From Sphaerodactylus townsendi (taxonomy: Eukaryota), in assembly GCF_021028975.2 (NCBI RefSeq), contig NC_059439.1, positions 23,064,001-23,128,000 on the forward strand: 64,000 nt of DNA, read 5' to 3'. The notes beneath the pieces were generated by a model. That model did not search any database, was not told the DNA's origin, and saw nothing but the letters and a program-made list of their open reading frames with translations. Of the stretch, positions 1-9,855 are shown piece by piece. A program made the translations under genes and the position numbers. Position 1 is the stretch's first letter. Every line of letters begins with the position of its first letter.

Positions 1-240
1 TGATAATTATTTGATGTGGCCACCTTATGCCATAAATTAATCTCATCAGAGTTAGCAGCCATCTTTCTTTTCTTTTTGTATATTTCACCTCTGCTTTGCT
101 TGAAGAACTCTTCTTTGCGCTGAGGATTACTATCATATCTTCTAGTCAGTATTTCTTTTAATAAGTAAGTGTACTTTGTTATTTTATTGTGTTTCTGGAA
201 ATGAACCTTGTGATGATGTGTTTACTGCCTGTTCTTTAGT

Positions 241-302
241 TTTATTTTTTTATTTATTATTTAAATTTATAGACCACCCCATCCCCAAGGGGCTCTGGGC
301 TC
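241..302 (-). mobile_element. Very short L2-type LINE 3' tail
   Basis: Reverse complement of the GCCCAGAGCCCC..GGGGAT-GGG-GGT-TATAAAT-(TAAA)n tail seen at 2233-2298 and 15397-15491. Confidence 0.6.
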
Positions 303-1206
303 TATTATTTTACAATCTTTCTTTTCAATAAATAATAATAATAATAATAAATTGTTTTGTGTTTGAGTACTGGTTCAGAACCAAGAGCCTGACATTGCAA
401 CCACACCAAAGGCCTTGATGGGACTTTGATACCAGTACCAGATACCAGTACAGTGAGTTACCATTACAGTGTGTTAATGAGTTATCCAATTAAGCACAAA
501 CTGGAAAAGTTTCTTGTAACAGAAATGAAGAAATTCTCAATTTCAGTTAATTAAGGAAACTTGAGCAGTAGAGCCATGGGTGAGGGTCAGGCAGGTAAGC
601 ACAAAATGCACAGTGGTACTGGAAGACACGCTGGAGCAGTTCTCACAAAAGGAGGTGAAGAAATGTTCCTTGAAAGGTCATAAATTATTTTACCCAACCT
701 GGTCCCTTATCTAAACTCTAGCCTTGAGTTAAGGCTAAGTAGACAAGTTCACATCTATCTACTCAAAGGTAGAAGGGGTTGGATTGGGCAGGCTTCTATA
801 ATGCTACATATCACAATGACAAACCTCACTACACAGGCAACAAATGACAGCCAGCTGCCCCCAAAAAGAAGGCAAAGATGATGGTTTAGTTTCTTGCTAC
901 TCTCTTGCAGTAACCAGTACTACAGACTTATTTGAATAAGTGTCAAATATTGATTGAAAAAGCAACTGAAATACAATATATCCTTATTACTATCCTATGG
1001 TGTTTACAGTACTTTCATGGATGAATCAACAGCAGCAAAAAAACATTTTTTGAATAAATTAGATTTTTTTTCTTTTGCCCATATTCGATTCCATTATACA
1101 TTCACTAGACCAACTGAAAATCCAAGTATGTAAACAGAACTGAAAACATTACAGGAACAGAAATTGTTCCATACTGTAGATTTTATTCCAGACAAGTTTA
1201 ATATAA

Positions 1207-2343
1207 TTACTGTATATCACCAACAAATTGTTTAGAAATGCCACATTTGTTCACAAGTCTCCTTAAAGCTTTTTTTTTAACCACTTCATTTCTTACACTA
1301 ATAGATAAGGGGATTAATTAGTGTTAACTCCACTAGATAACTAGATAAGAACTAGATAAGATATTTTCAGTTGTCTATACAGTCTTTGTATAGACAACTG
1401 AAAATATCTTATCTAGTTCTTTCAGAGCTTCCTTTTTTGGCAGGGCATATACAAATATTAATAAACAATGAAATATGGAAACTACAATGAGGTGGGAAGA
1501 ACAGGTTGAAAAGGCCTTTCTTCTCCCATCTGAAGATGGAATTTGTGCAATGGCACCAGTTATAAACATTTAAGGCAGCAAAGACAGAAGACAAGAAGCA
1601 ACAGCATCTATTACAGAGACTGTGAGTCCCAATAGTGTCACCAGAGTTGCGTCACTGCATAATAGGTTAATCACTGGTGTGAGGTCACAAAAGAACTGCT
1701 CAATTTCATGGGGACCACAGTATTTCAGCTCTGACATCAAACTCAATAGTAAAGTAAAGTAAAGTAAATAGTAAAGTAAAACCTTCGGGGGACCGTGATT
1801 ACCCCTATATGTCTTGAAGTCGACTCCTCTGCGCCTTCGCGCAGAGGCCAATTTTACTGGAGATCCCTCTTGGCCCCTCAATGCTGTGGCTGGTTTCCAC
1901 TCGGGCTTTCATAGGGCCTTTTACGGCTCTGGCTCCCCTGCCTGGTGGAACACTCTACCACCATTAGCTGTCCTGGAATTTGCAAGGGACCTTGAGAGTT
2001 CCATAGAGGGCCTTGCAAGACTGAATTGTTCCACTCCCTGGCCTCTCGAGAGACTTCAGCCGCTGAGGGGTGCCCTGCTTTTCATCCCTCCCCCTGCTGT
2101 ATAGGGTCCCTAACATCATCGGGACCCATCATTCTTCTTGGGAGGGTTGCATATGGATTCGTGGGATACTGTTTTAGAATGAAAATTTTAAACTTTTATA
2201 TGTTTATGTTTATATATGCTTTTATATTGTTCACCGCCCTGAGCCCTTTGGGGATAGGGCGGTATATTAAATCAAATAATAAATAAATAAATAAATAAAG
2301 TCATAACTGCAATCCCACAAATCCACATTGGAGGAGCTTGCAT
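1207..2343 (-). pseudogene. OR pseudogene A (5'-truncated, TM4 to C-terminus), interrupted by an L2 insertion
   Basis: Motifs KYCGPHEIEQFFCD and KAFSTCSSHL present; frameshifts; homology stops at CKPLQ with an internal TM4 deletion; fold-back duplication in TM7. Confidence 0.9.
1781..2298 (+). mobile_element. L2 LINE 3' fragment
   Basis: Degenerate ORF2 C-terminus (PAWWNTLP), 3' UTR and (TAAA)n tail; empty site ctcaatagtaaagtcataac at 15601. Confidence 0.8.
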
Positions 2344-2589
2344 CAGTTATTTTTTTTTCTCTTTGAGCAGATATTAACATGTTTGCAGTCCCAGTTAGCA
2401 TTCTGTGACTCTTGCTTATTGGATATAATATGTTCTATATTTCCAAACCACTAATACATATTTGTCTTATAAATGTCAAATATTGCATTAAAAATTAACT
2501 GAAATACACACAACATATTCCTGTTAATATCATATGGTGTTTACAGTTGTTTCATGTATTCGTGGATGAATCAACAGCAGTATAAAAAG

Positions 2590-2838
2590 CGCCCCAGGAA
2601 TCAGCCTGCGGTGTGGTTGCGGCAGGGAAGGAATGAATGACTGCCCTCCTCCCTGCTGCCAATCAGCACAAGGCACGTGACAGGGGACCGGGTGTGTCTA
2701 TAAAAGGCAGTGCCTGATCAGCTCGGCCTCTTTCCAAGGCTAGCCAGCTTCCTATGGTGGTTATGTGGGCTGCAGCCGATTCCTATTCCAACTAAATAAT
2801 GTGTCAGTGATCAATGGAGTGAACTGCCGCACATCTGC
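2590..2838 (+). mobile_element. LTR-like terminal repeat of a DIRS/Ngaro-like element (second copy at 15900-16162)
   Basis: CCAAT, CACGTG and TATAAAA followed by gggctgcagccgattcctattcc; related to the 38068-38816 element; interrupts the OR 3' flank. Confidence 0.45.
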
Positions 2839-3033
2839 CTGCAAAAAGGTTTTTGGAAGAACATGGATTTTTTTTATTGCTCTTGATGCAATTCATAATG
2901 CCTCCAGCTGAACACTAAATGATGTAAAAGGAATGGAGACAATTACAGGACTTTTACAAGAACAAGAAACTGTTCTATCCTGTAGATTTTATTATCAACT
3001 AGTGTGATTTAATTAGGCTACCTCTCTAACAAA

Positions 3034-3981
3034 TCACTCAAAAATCCTATAGTTATTTACAAGTCTCCTTAAAGCTTTTTTAATCTCTTTGTTTCTTAGA
3101 CTATAGATAAGGGGATTGATTAGAGGGGTTAAGACTGTATAGAAGACAGAGAAGAACTTGTCAACATCTCTGAGAACATCTTTTTTTGGTAATGCATATA
3201 CAAATATCAATGAACCATAAAATATGGAAACTACAGTAAGGTGAGAAGAACAAGTGGAAAAGGCCTTTTTTCTCCCATCAGAAGAAGGGATTTGTACAAT
3301 GGCAGCAATTATACACACATAAGACAGCAAGGTCAGAAGAAAAGGGGGGAAACTGTCAATGACAGAGGCTGTGAATGCCACCAGTGTCACCAGAGTTGTG
3401 TCACTGCATGATAGATTAATCACTGGTGCAAGGTCACAAAGGAAATGGTCAATTTCATGGGGACCACAGTATTTCAGCCGGGACATCAGACCCGTTACTA
3501 AAGTCATAACTGCTATCCCACAAAGCCAAGATGCAGCTGACATCACAAAGCAGAGTCTTCTGCTCATGAGGGTTGCATACTGGAGGGGCTTGCATATTGC
3601 CAAGTACCGATCATATGACATTGATGCCAGCAGGTAGATTTCTACAAGCAGAAATGTACCAAAACAATAAAACTGGACGAAGCACCCCCCAACAGAAATG
3701 CTTCTGTCCCCTGTCAAAAAGCTGGCCAACATCCTGGGCAGAAATGTTGAACTATAGAAGGTCTCCACACAGGACAGGTTTCCAAGGAAGAAGTACATGG
3801 GAATGTGGAGGTGATGATCTAGGGTTACTAACACAATGATGGTGATGTTTCCAGCCAGGGACACACTGTAGATTATTAGGAAAACCAAGAATAGAGGAAT
3901 CTGAAGCTGAGGAGCATTTCCAAATCCCAGAAGAATAAATGTAGTTATTGTTGTTTCATTAATTGTCTTGACATGTTCCAT
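3034..3981 (-). CDS. Olfactory receptor OR1 (class II, OR11A1/family-11-like), 315 aa
   Basis: Single coding exon; NET glycosylation site, LHIPMYFFL, MSYDRYLAIC, KAFSTCSSHL, NPLIYSLRN. ATG at 3981; the ORF-track GTG at 3993 overlaps a TTTCAG splice acceptor. Confidence 0.95.
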   Translation of the reverse strand: MEHVKTINETTITTFILLGFGNAPQLQIPLFLVFLIIYSVSLAGNITIIVLVTLDHHLHIPMYFFLGNLSCVETFYSSTFLPRMLASFLTGDRSISVGGCFVQFYCFGTFLLVEIYLLASMSYDRYLAICKPLQYATLMSRRLCFVMSAASWLCGIAVMTLVTGLMSRLKYCGPHEIDHFLCDLAPVINLSCSDTTLVTLVAFTASVIDSFPPFLLTLLSYVCIIAAIVQIPSSDGRKKAFSTCSSHLTVVSIFYGSLIFVYALPKKDVLRDVDKFFSVFYTVLTPLINPLIYSLRNKEIKKALRRLVNNYRIFE

Positions 3982-5132
3982 ATTTTCAATCACTGAAAAA
4001 GAATTTCAACAACCATAAGGTCTACTAGTGAGAGTTCCAAAGCCTAAAGGTATTGTACACTTGAATAGAATTTGGCTACCTCCTTCCCATTATTAGTGCA
4101 GAAGATCATGTATATTTAGTGCTCAGATTTATAAAATGGTATCATGCTTTTTGGGGCACAGGAATACTACTTCAAATGCCCTTTTCTCTTATTAAGTTTA
4201 TTATGTGCATATTTCATCATCTACTACGCTTGGTTACTTGATGACAATATTAGATTAGGAGATTGCAATCCATTCTAGGACTGGGCTGCAAGATAGGTAA
4301 CAGGCACCATTCTTTTCTTTTTCTAAACATTTTACTTCATTGGGCTTTCATCAGTTTCTTCCCCATTTTATCCTGAATAATAGCCCTTTGTGGTAGGCTG
4401 GTAGGCTGATTTTTCACTAGCAAATTCTCAATCTGGAAGGGTTTTCTAGAGGAGTTGAATCAAAGCCTAGGAAATCATCTGACCTGTAGTTCTACAGCTG
4501 TGCTGCCACTATTTCCTCTATTCTGTCTCAAGCATTACCTGATACTCACCCCCAGCTGGTCATGGAAATAATCTGAATAGAAAAGAATATCTGAATACAC
4601 AAGCTAAATGATTTGTAAGAGAAGAAGTAGTAGATTGGACCGGACTATATTGGCAATTATGTTATATTTTCCTTCATGCCATTCATGCCACACAGCCTTC
4701 ATGCCATTCCTTACAATCCTTTTTCCTCCAGGTGCAGCATTTCATGGAGATTGGTGACCTACAGTGGAAGATAGAAAAGTTCTCGTCTGCTGTTGAAAAA
4801 TGTAGTCTGGTTTCAACCCATCATAAGTAGGATGCCTCCAACTTTCCATTCTAAAAGTACAAATATAAAAACCTTTGCTGGCATATAAAAGGGGTTCTGA
4901 AAGAGTGCAAAACTATAAAATCACACTGAAACATCTGTATTTAACACTTAAAATGGCTTCATTAATTTTCTTTGCTCACTGCAGGAACTTCGCATCTAAA
5001 TCAGTTATATAGCTATCCTGAGCAGTTTTGTCTGATTGCCATTCCTCGCTAATACGAAACTAATATGCCTGGATCAAATTATCTAATAAGAGGGGTAGTA
5101 CAGAAGGTCATGCATAATCAATTTTACATAGT

Positions 5133-5284
5133 GACTTTACTACATAGTGACCTTCAGATCCTCTGAAGATGCCAGCCACAGATGCAGGCGAAACGTCAGG
5201 AGAAAATGCTGCTAGAACACAGCCATACAGCCCGGAATCCACACGGCACCCAAGTGATTCCGGCCGTGAAAGCCTTTGACGATA
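5133..5284 (+). mobile_element. Penelope-like element 3'/pseudo-LTR fragment
   Basis: cctctgaagatgccagccacagatgcaggcgaaacgtcagg...cagcccgga...ccggccgtgaaagcc; 14-bp TSD caattttacatagt at 5119-5132 and 5285-5298. Confidence 0.8.
5159..5201 (+). ncRNA. Minimal type-I hammerhead ribozyme motif (Penelope-type)
   Basis: Helix I UCCU/AGGA, core CUGAAGA, helix II GCC/GGC, GAAA, palindromic ACGU helix III, GUC cleavage triplet at 5195-5197. Confidence 0.7.
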
Positions 5285-6555
5285 CAATTTTACATAGTTC
5301 TGGCCACAAAGCCATAATCTAGCTACAAGTGGTATTTTCTGTGTGTGGAATCTTCCACATGCAATTGCCGTCAGTAGCACATCGAGTCTCGCTAACATGT
5401 ACACCCTGTGTTGCTGTGGGTCAGTGAGGTGGTTGTCTACATCGTGCACTCCCTAGACTCACACAAACACTCTTCTTGGCTGAAGTTCATGGTCTAGCAA
5501 TCTGTATTAAATTATGCCAAACACTGATTTTTCAATATGGAGAGGCTAATGAGATTCCCATTTGTTTAATTTGGATTCAATACTTCTTGACCATCCTAAC
5601 GATTGATAATAAACCAGTATGGCTGCAATAAGACTATGAGGTCCAAATCTGAAGTGCAACTAAAGCCAAAATGTGAATGTTAACAACCACAGTTTTGTAC
5701 CTAAAAGTCTTTGACTTGTTTCTAGATAAAGAGCAGCTTGGGGGGACACAATTTGATATGCCAAGAAGTTTGCAATCAGTTTTTAAACTTTTCATTCCAT
5801 CTCAGCCTATTCCCTTTTTTATTGTAGTCCCCACAACACAAACATTCTGCCAATTCAGGTCCCATGTAACCTTTTTGGTGAAAAAAGGATCTTTCCTCCA
5901 TTTTCCGCCAGCAAAAAAAAAAAATTATTGGTGCTAACCACAAGAGAAAAACATTAGGGCCTTGTGCAGGATGAATATTTATTAATAGGGTTTCTCAGTT
6001 AGTTTTAAAAATAAGGATGGAGTGAAAACTCACTAAAATGTCACTCCCCTTGAGGTAACATTATTTACCTCCTCAAAATAAATCTATTTTTTGTTTTTTG
6101 CATGATCTTGTGCCAGACAAGAAATAGTTCTTAAACACACACACGACACACACACGACATACACAATGCAGGAATTATATTATATAGCTTCTCCTCACAA
6201 ACACATCCTGGAATGAAGTCTCAGGTTTCCTAAGATTATTAAATCTTGGAATTATTAAATTACTTTTATGTAAATTTGGGCTTGAATTGGAAAGTGGGTC
6301 ATATTTGCAGGGTACAGTCTACACCACAAATGATTAATCACTGTTAATAGATAAATGAGGCTTTCTTTCAGACATACCTCCTTCCTCCAAATGGAAGATT
6401 CTTAATTCGGTGGAATATTTTTTTTTTCACAATGTACGGGCATCATTCAATACAGCTGTATGCATTTTTCCTAGAAGTACTTTTTTTCAAAATCACACCA
6501 TCTTAAACTAGGAAAAAAGGGTGTCAAGACGTAGCAATAATAATTAAAATGTATT

Positions 6556-6830
6556 ACCTTTAATCATCAGGTGGCATCGACAAAGAATGCTTTAAAGTTT
6601 GATCCATATAACTGCTGCACACTTGCCCAGCTATTGTGTGGGATGAAAACCATCTCCTTTGGAGACAAATGTTGCCACTTCACAGAGTCTCTCATATACC
6701 AAGAAGGGGCTATAAATAGGGAATTGACAGACTGTACACAGAAAGAAATCTCTTGATACGTTAAAGAAGGAAATTTAGAACAATTAGCAAATTCCCTATC
6801 TAAAATATGTGATGGCTAATTAAGGCTTAA
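6556..6830 (-). promoter_or_regulatory. Putative OR1 promoter and non-coding exon 1
   Basis: Donor AAAG|GTAAT at 6557, TATA-like 6711-6717, homeodomain TAATTA 6817-6822; the block recurs upstream of each - strand OR paralog (~11.6-11.9, 29.0-29.1, 33.7-34.0, 51.4-51.6, 57.3-57.6 kb). Confidence 0.45.
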
Positions 6831-8659
6831 AATACTTTTATCTGTTATTTGGAACCTTTATCCAGAAATCTTATGTCCCTTCTCTCCAGATACCTGTGTG
6901 AGTTCACTTTAGCAAATGAATTGTCTTGAGGATAAGGAGATACAGAATTTTTTCAAAGATTTTTAAGTCATTTATTTTTATGCCTCTGATAAAAAAAAAA
7001 CAATTGAGTATCCAAACAGAACAGCTAATAATGAAAACATAAAATAATTAAGTTGAAGGAAATATAACGGTAAGTTAATTTTGAAGTGACTTTTAACTTT
7101 TGAGACCTAACACACCAGAAATCTTTTTACAGCCCAATGCAGAGCAGGCTGGTGGGTGGGGATGATGCCACTCTGGCACTGCACCGCCCTTTCCAAAGGG
7201 CTTTCCCACAGCACAAGAAGCCCCAAAATACAAAAAACTCTCCCAGAATACCCCATAGGGAATAACAGAGATTTGCCACAAAAAGCATGCCATATCTCCA
7301 ACCCCGACTCTGCTGGTATATGGCAGGGATGGAAAACCTTTTTGAGACCGTGCCCAAATTGCAACCCAAACCCCACTTATTTATTGCAAAGTGCCAACCC
7401 AACAATTTAACCTGAATGTTGAGGTTTTAGTTTAGCGAAAAAATGGCTGGCTCCCTCTTCCTCCACCCCACCTGCTCAAGGAAAGGCCAGCCTGCTCTAG
7501 CCTCCAGCAAGTCCCGCGCACACCACTCTATGCCTCTCTAGCATCTTTGCCTCCTCTGCGCCCCCCCTCGGGCAGCAGCCACCTGGAGCACAGGCACCAA
7601 GCCCACCAGCCGAGTCTTCCTTGATCACCGTGATGTGCACACATTGTGCTCAGTGGCCCAGGCCAGCCTAGATGTGTGTGTGTGGGGGGGGGGTGATTTT
7701 CCGCCCCCCACATGACAAACCCTATGTGTGTGTGCCCACAGAGAGGGCTCCGAGTGCCACCTCTGGCACCTGTGCCATAGGTTTGCCATCACTGGTATAT
7801 GGGAACTGGATTAACAGCGGAAGCCAACCAAAGTTAGCTTCACTGCCTGCCCATCCCATGGAATGCCCCTGTCCATGTCTGCACAACTTTTTGCACCAAC
7901 AGGCCTAGGTAAAGGTGTTGGCTTCTGGGTTGAACACTGCAAAGGTCCATGGTGTCCAACTGCCGGAGTAAGTAACAGTTGCCCTTGTACCCATGCTGGG
8001 ACAGGGCTGGGAAAGTTCCCAAAAAGTGTCCCCGTGCCCTCTTTTAAGATAATAATGGAAGCCAATCTAGATCTTCGTCTGAAGGCCACGTAGTACACTC
8101 CTGAAAGTATTTAATGAGTAGGAAGTCAGCCTGTTTACAGACGAATATTATCCCAAGCCACACCTATGGTTTTTCACTGTGAAAGTGGCCAACACAGGTC
8201 CCATGCACCCATGCCATGACTAACAGCCCCATTCAAAGGGGAGGCGAGTTTGCTGGTGGAAGCAGCATGGAGCCACACTGGCAGATTTGTCTCCAAGGAA
8301 CTTGCTCCAGTGGAGGGTCAAATCTGCTGATGAGTTGCCGCCATAGCCCTCCCTGGCGATGGGATGTCATGCTGAGTTCATGCCAGCATCCCTGCAGCCC
8401 TCTTTTTTTTAAAATTGGAGAGTTAAAAGGAGTGTTATACAGAGTTCTAGCAAACAACATAGAATGTCATGTACACAATATTTTCTATATTGGTCCAAGG
8501 TCTTAAGGCTCTGTTGTTTGGGAAAAGGAAGTTAAGGAAAGGGGGAAGAAAGGACTAAGAGTGAGAGAATTTACATAAAATCATAACATCTCGCAAAAGC
8601 CTAAAGAAAGAAGAGAGATAGGGAAGATTAGGATGGAATAAGGGAAAGAAGAAAAAGAG

Positions 8660-8742
8660 AGTTGTTGTTCCATTGACCATCTCATTATGTTTCATATTTT
8701 CAAGTACTGAAAGTGAATTTAAAAATCATAAGATCTCCAATT
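8660..8742 (-). pseudogene. Isolated 5' stub of an OR3-like gene (MKHNEMVNGTT plus acceptor)
   Basis: ~85 bp matching 27300-27381. Confidence 0.7.
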
Positions 8743-8744
8743 GG

Positions 8745-8958
8745 CTACCAATCTTGATCCTCCTTGATCTCAGATTGCAAATGCCTTAGCAGACCAGGTG
8801 CTCAGGAGCAGCAGCAGCAGCAGCAGAAGGCCATTGCTTTCACCTCCTGCAGGTGAGCTCCCAAAGGTACCTGGTGGGCCACTGCGAGTAGCAGAATGCT
8901 GGACTAGATGGACTCTGGTCTGATCCAGCAGGCTAGTTCTTATGTTCTTATGTTCTTA
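8745..8958 (+). mobile_element. CR1-type LINE 3' end
   Basis: ggactagatggactctggtctgatccagca followed by a (TTCTTATG)n tail. Confidence 0.65.
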
Positions 8959-9786
8959 GAGTTTAATACAAATTAATATTAGTAACTAAAATCCAAGATA
9001 AATAAAAAAAAGTTAAGCTAAGCTTAACTGTTAAAAACATAAAATTCACGGGTTGCGTTTTAACCAGATAATTAATTCCAGCTTGGCTTCCTGGTCTTTG
9101 CGAGATTTACATTTTTTTCTTGTGTTCACCATTTTCATATTAAGTCTATGGACTTAACTTAACCGTCCGTATACTATTGCGTCACCTTTTAAATCAGGAT
9201 GACATTTGGTGTAATACCCAGTAAGTTTGCATAAGGGTTGCTGCAGAACTTAGGTTCGGCAACCGTTTAACATATGGTTCTAACAATACAATTTAAATAG
9301 CTTATAAAGTTCTGACATAGTGTCTAATGGTCCAATCCCTGCAGCCCTCTTGCTGGTATAATAGGAGTGGTCCAGGGACCTGGCTGAGGGTGGAGCTGAT
9401 ATTAGTCAGCTTCCTCCCAGTTGTTGACCCTGTTGTGCCAGCAGCCAGGAGGTTATGTTGGTTATTATTGGTTATATGTTTTGTTTTCATACCAGTAATA
9501 AATATTTATCTGATAAGTATCAAATATGGATTTGGAAAAAAAAGTAGCCAAAATAAAACATGTCCCTATTACTATCATGTGATATTGACAGTCGATTTGT
9601 GGATTTATGGACGAATCAGCAACATAAAGAGGATTTTGGAAGAAACTGGATTTTTCTTGTGTACTTATTCCAGTCCATTATGCATCCACTACTAAAGATG
9701 AAAATCCAAGCATGTAAATAGAATGGAAAACATTACAAAAATGTAGAAGAAATTGTTCCAACCTGTATATTTTATTCCAGACCAGC

Positions 9787-9855
9787 TTAATCTAAATACT
9801 CAACATCTATAAATGTATCTACTGTTGTTTCATTGACCATCTCATTATATTTCAT
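9787..9855 (-). pseudogene. 'Empty' OR3 paralog: in-frame deletion of the 7TM body, leaving the 22-codon ORF MKYNEMVNETTVDTFIDVEYLD*
   Basis: First 16 codons match the OR3 start and join directly to the equivalent of the last OR3 codons and 3' flank (compare 26341-26376). Confidence 0.85.

Noticed and set aside
3359-3839. Antisense ORFs recurring over the OR genes
   Set aside because: Shadow frames of OR coding sequence
3982-3993. GTG-initiated N-terminal extensions of the - strand ORs (MIEN/MLEN/MIET)
   Set aside because: The G is the last base of a TTTCAG splice acceptor; the ATG four codons later is the likely start
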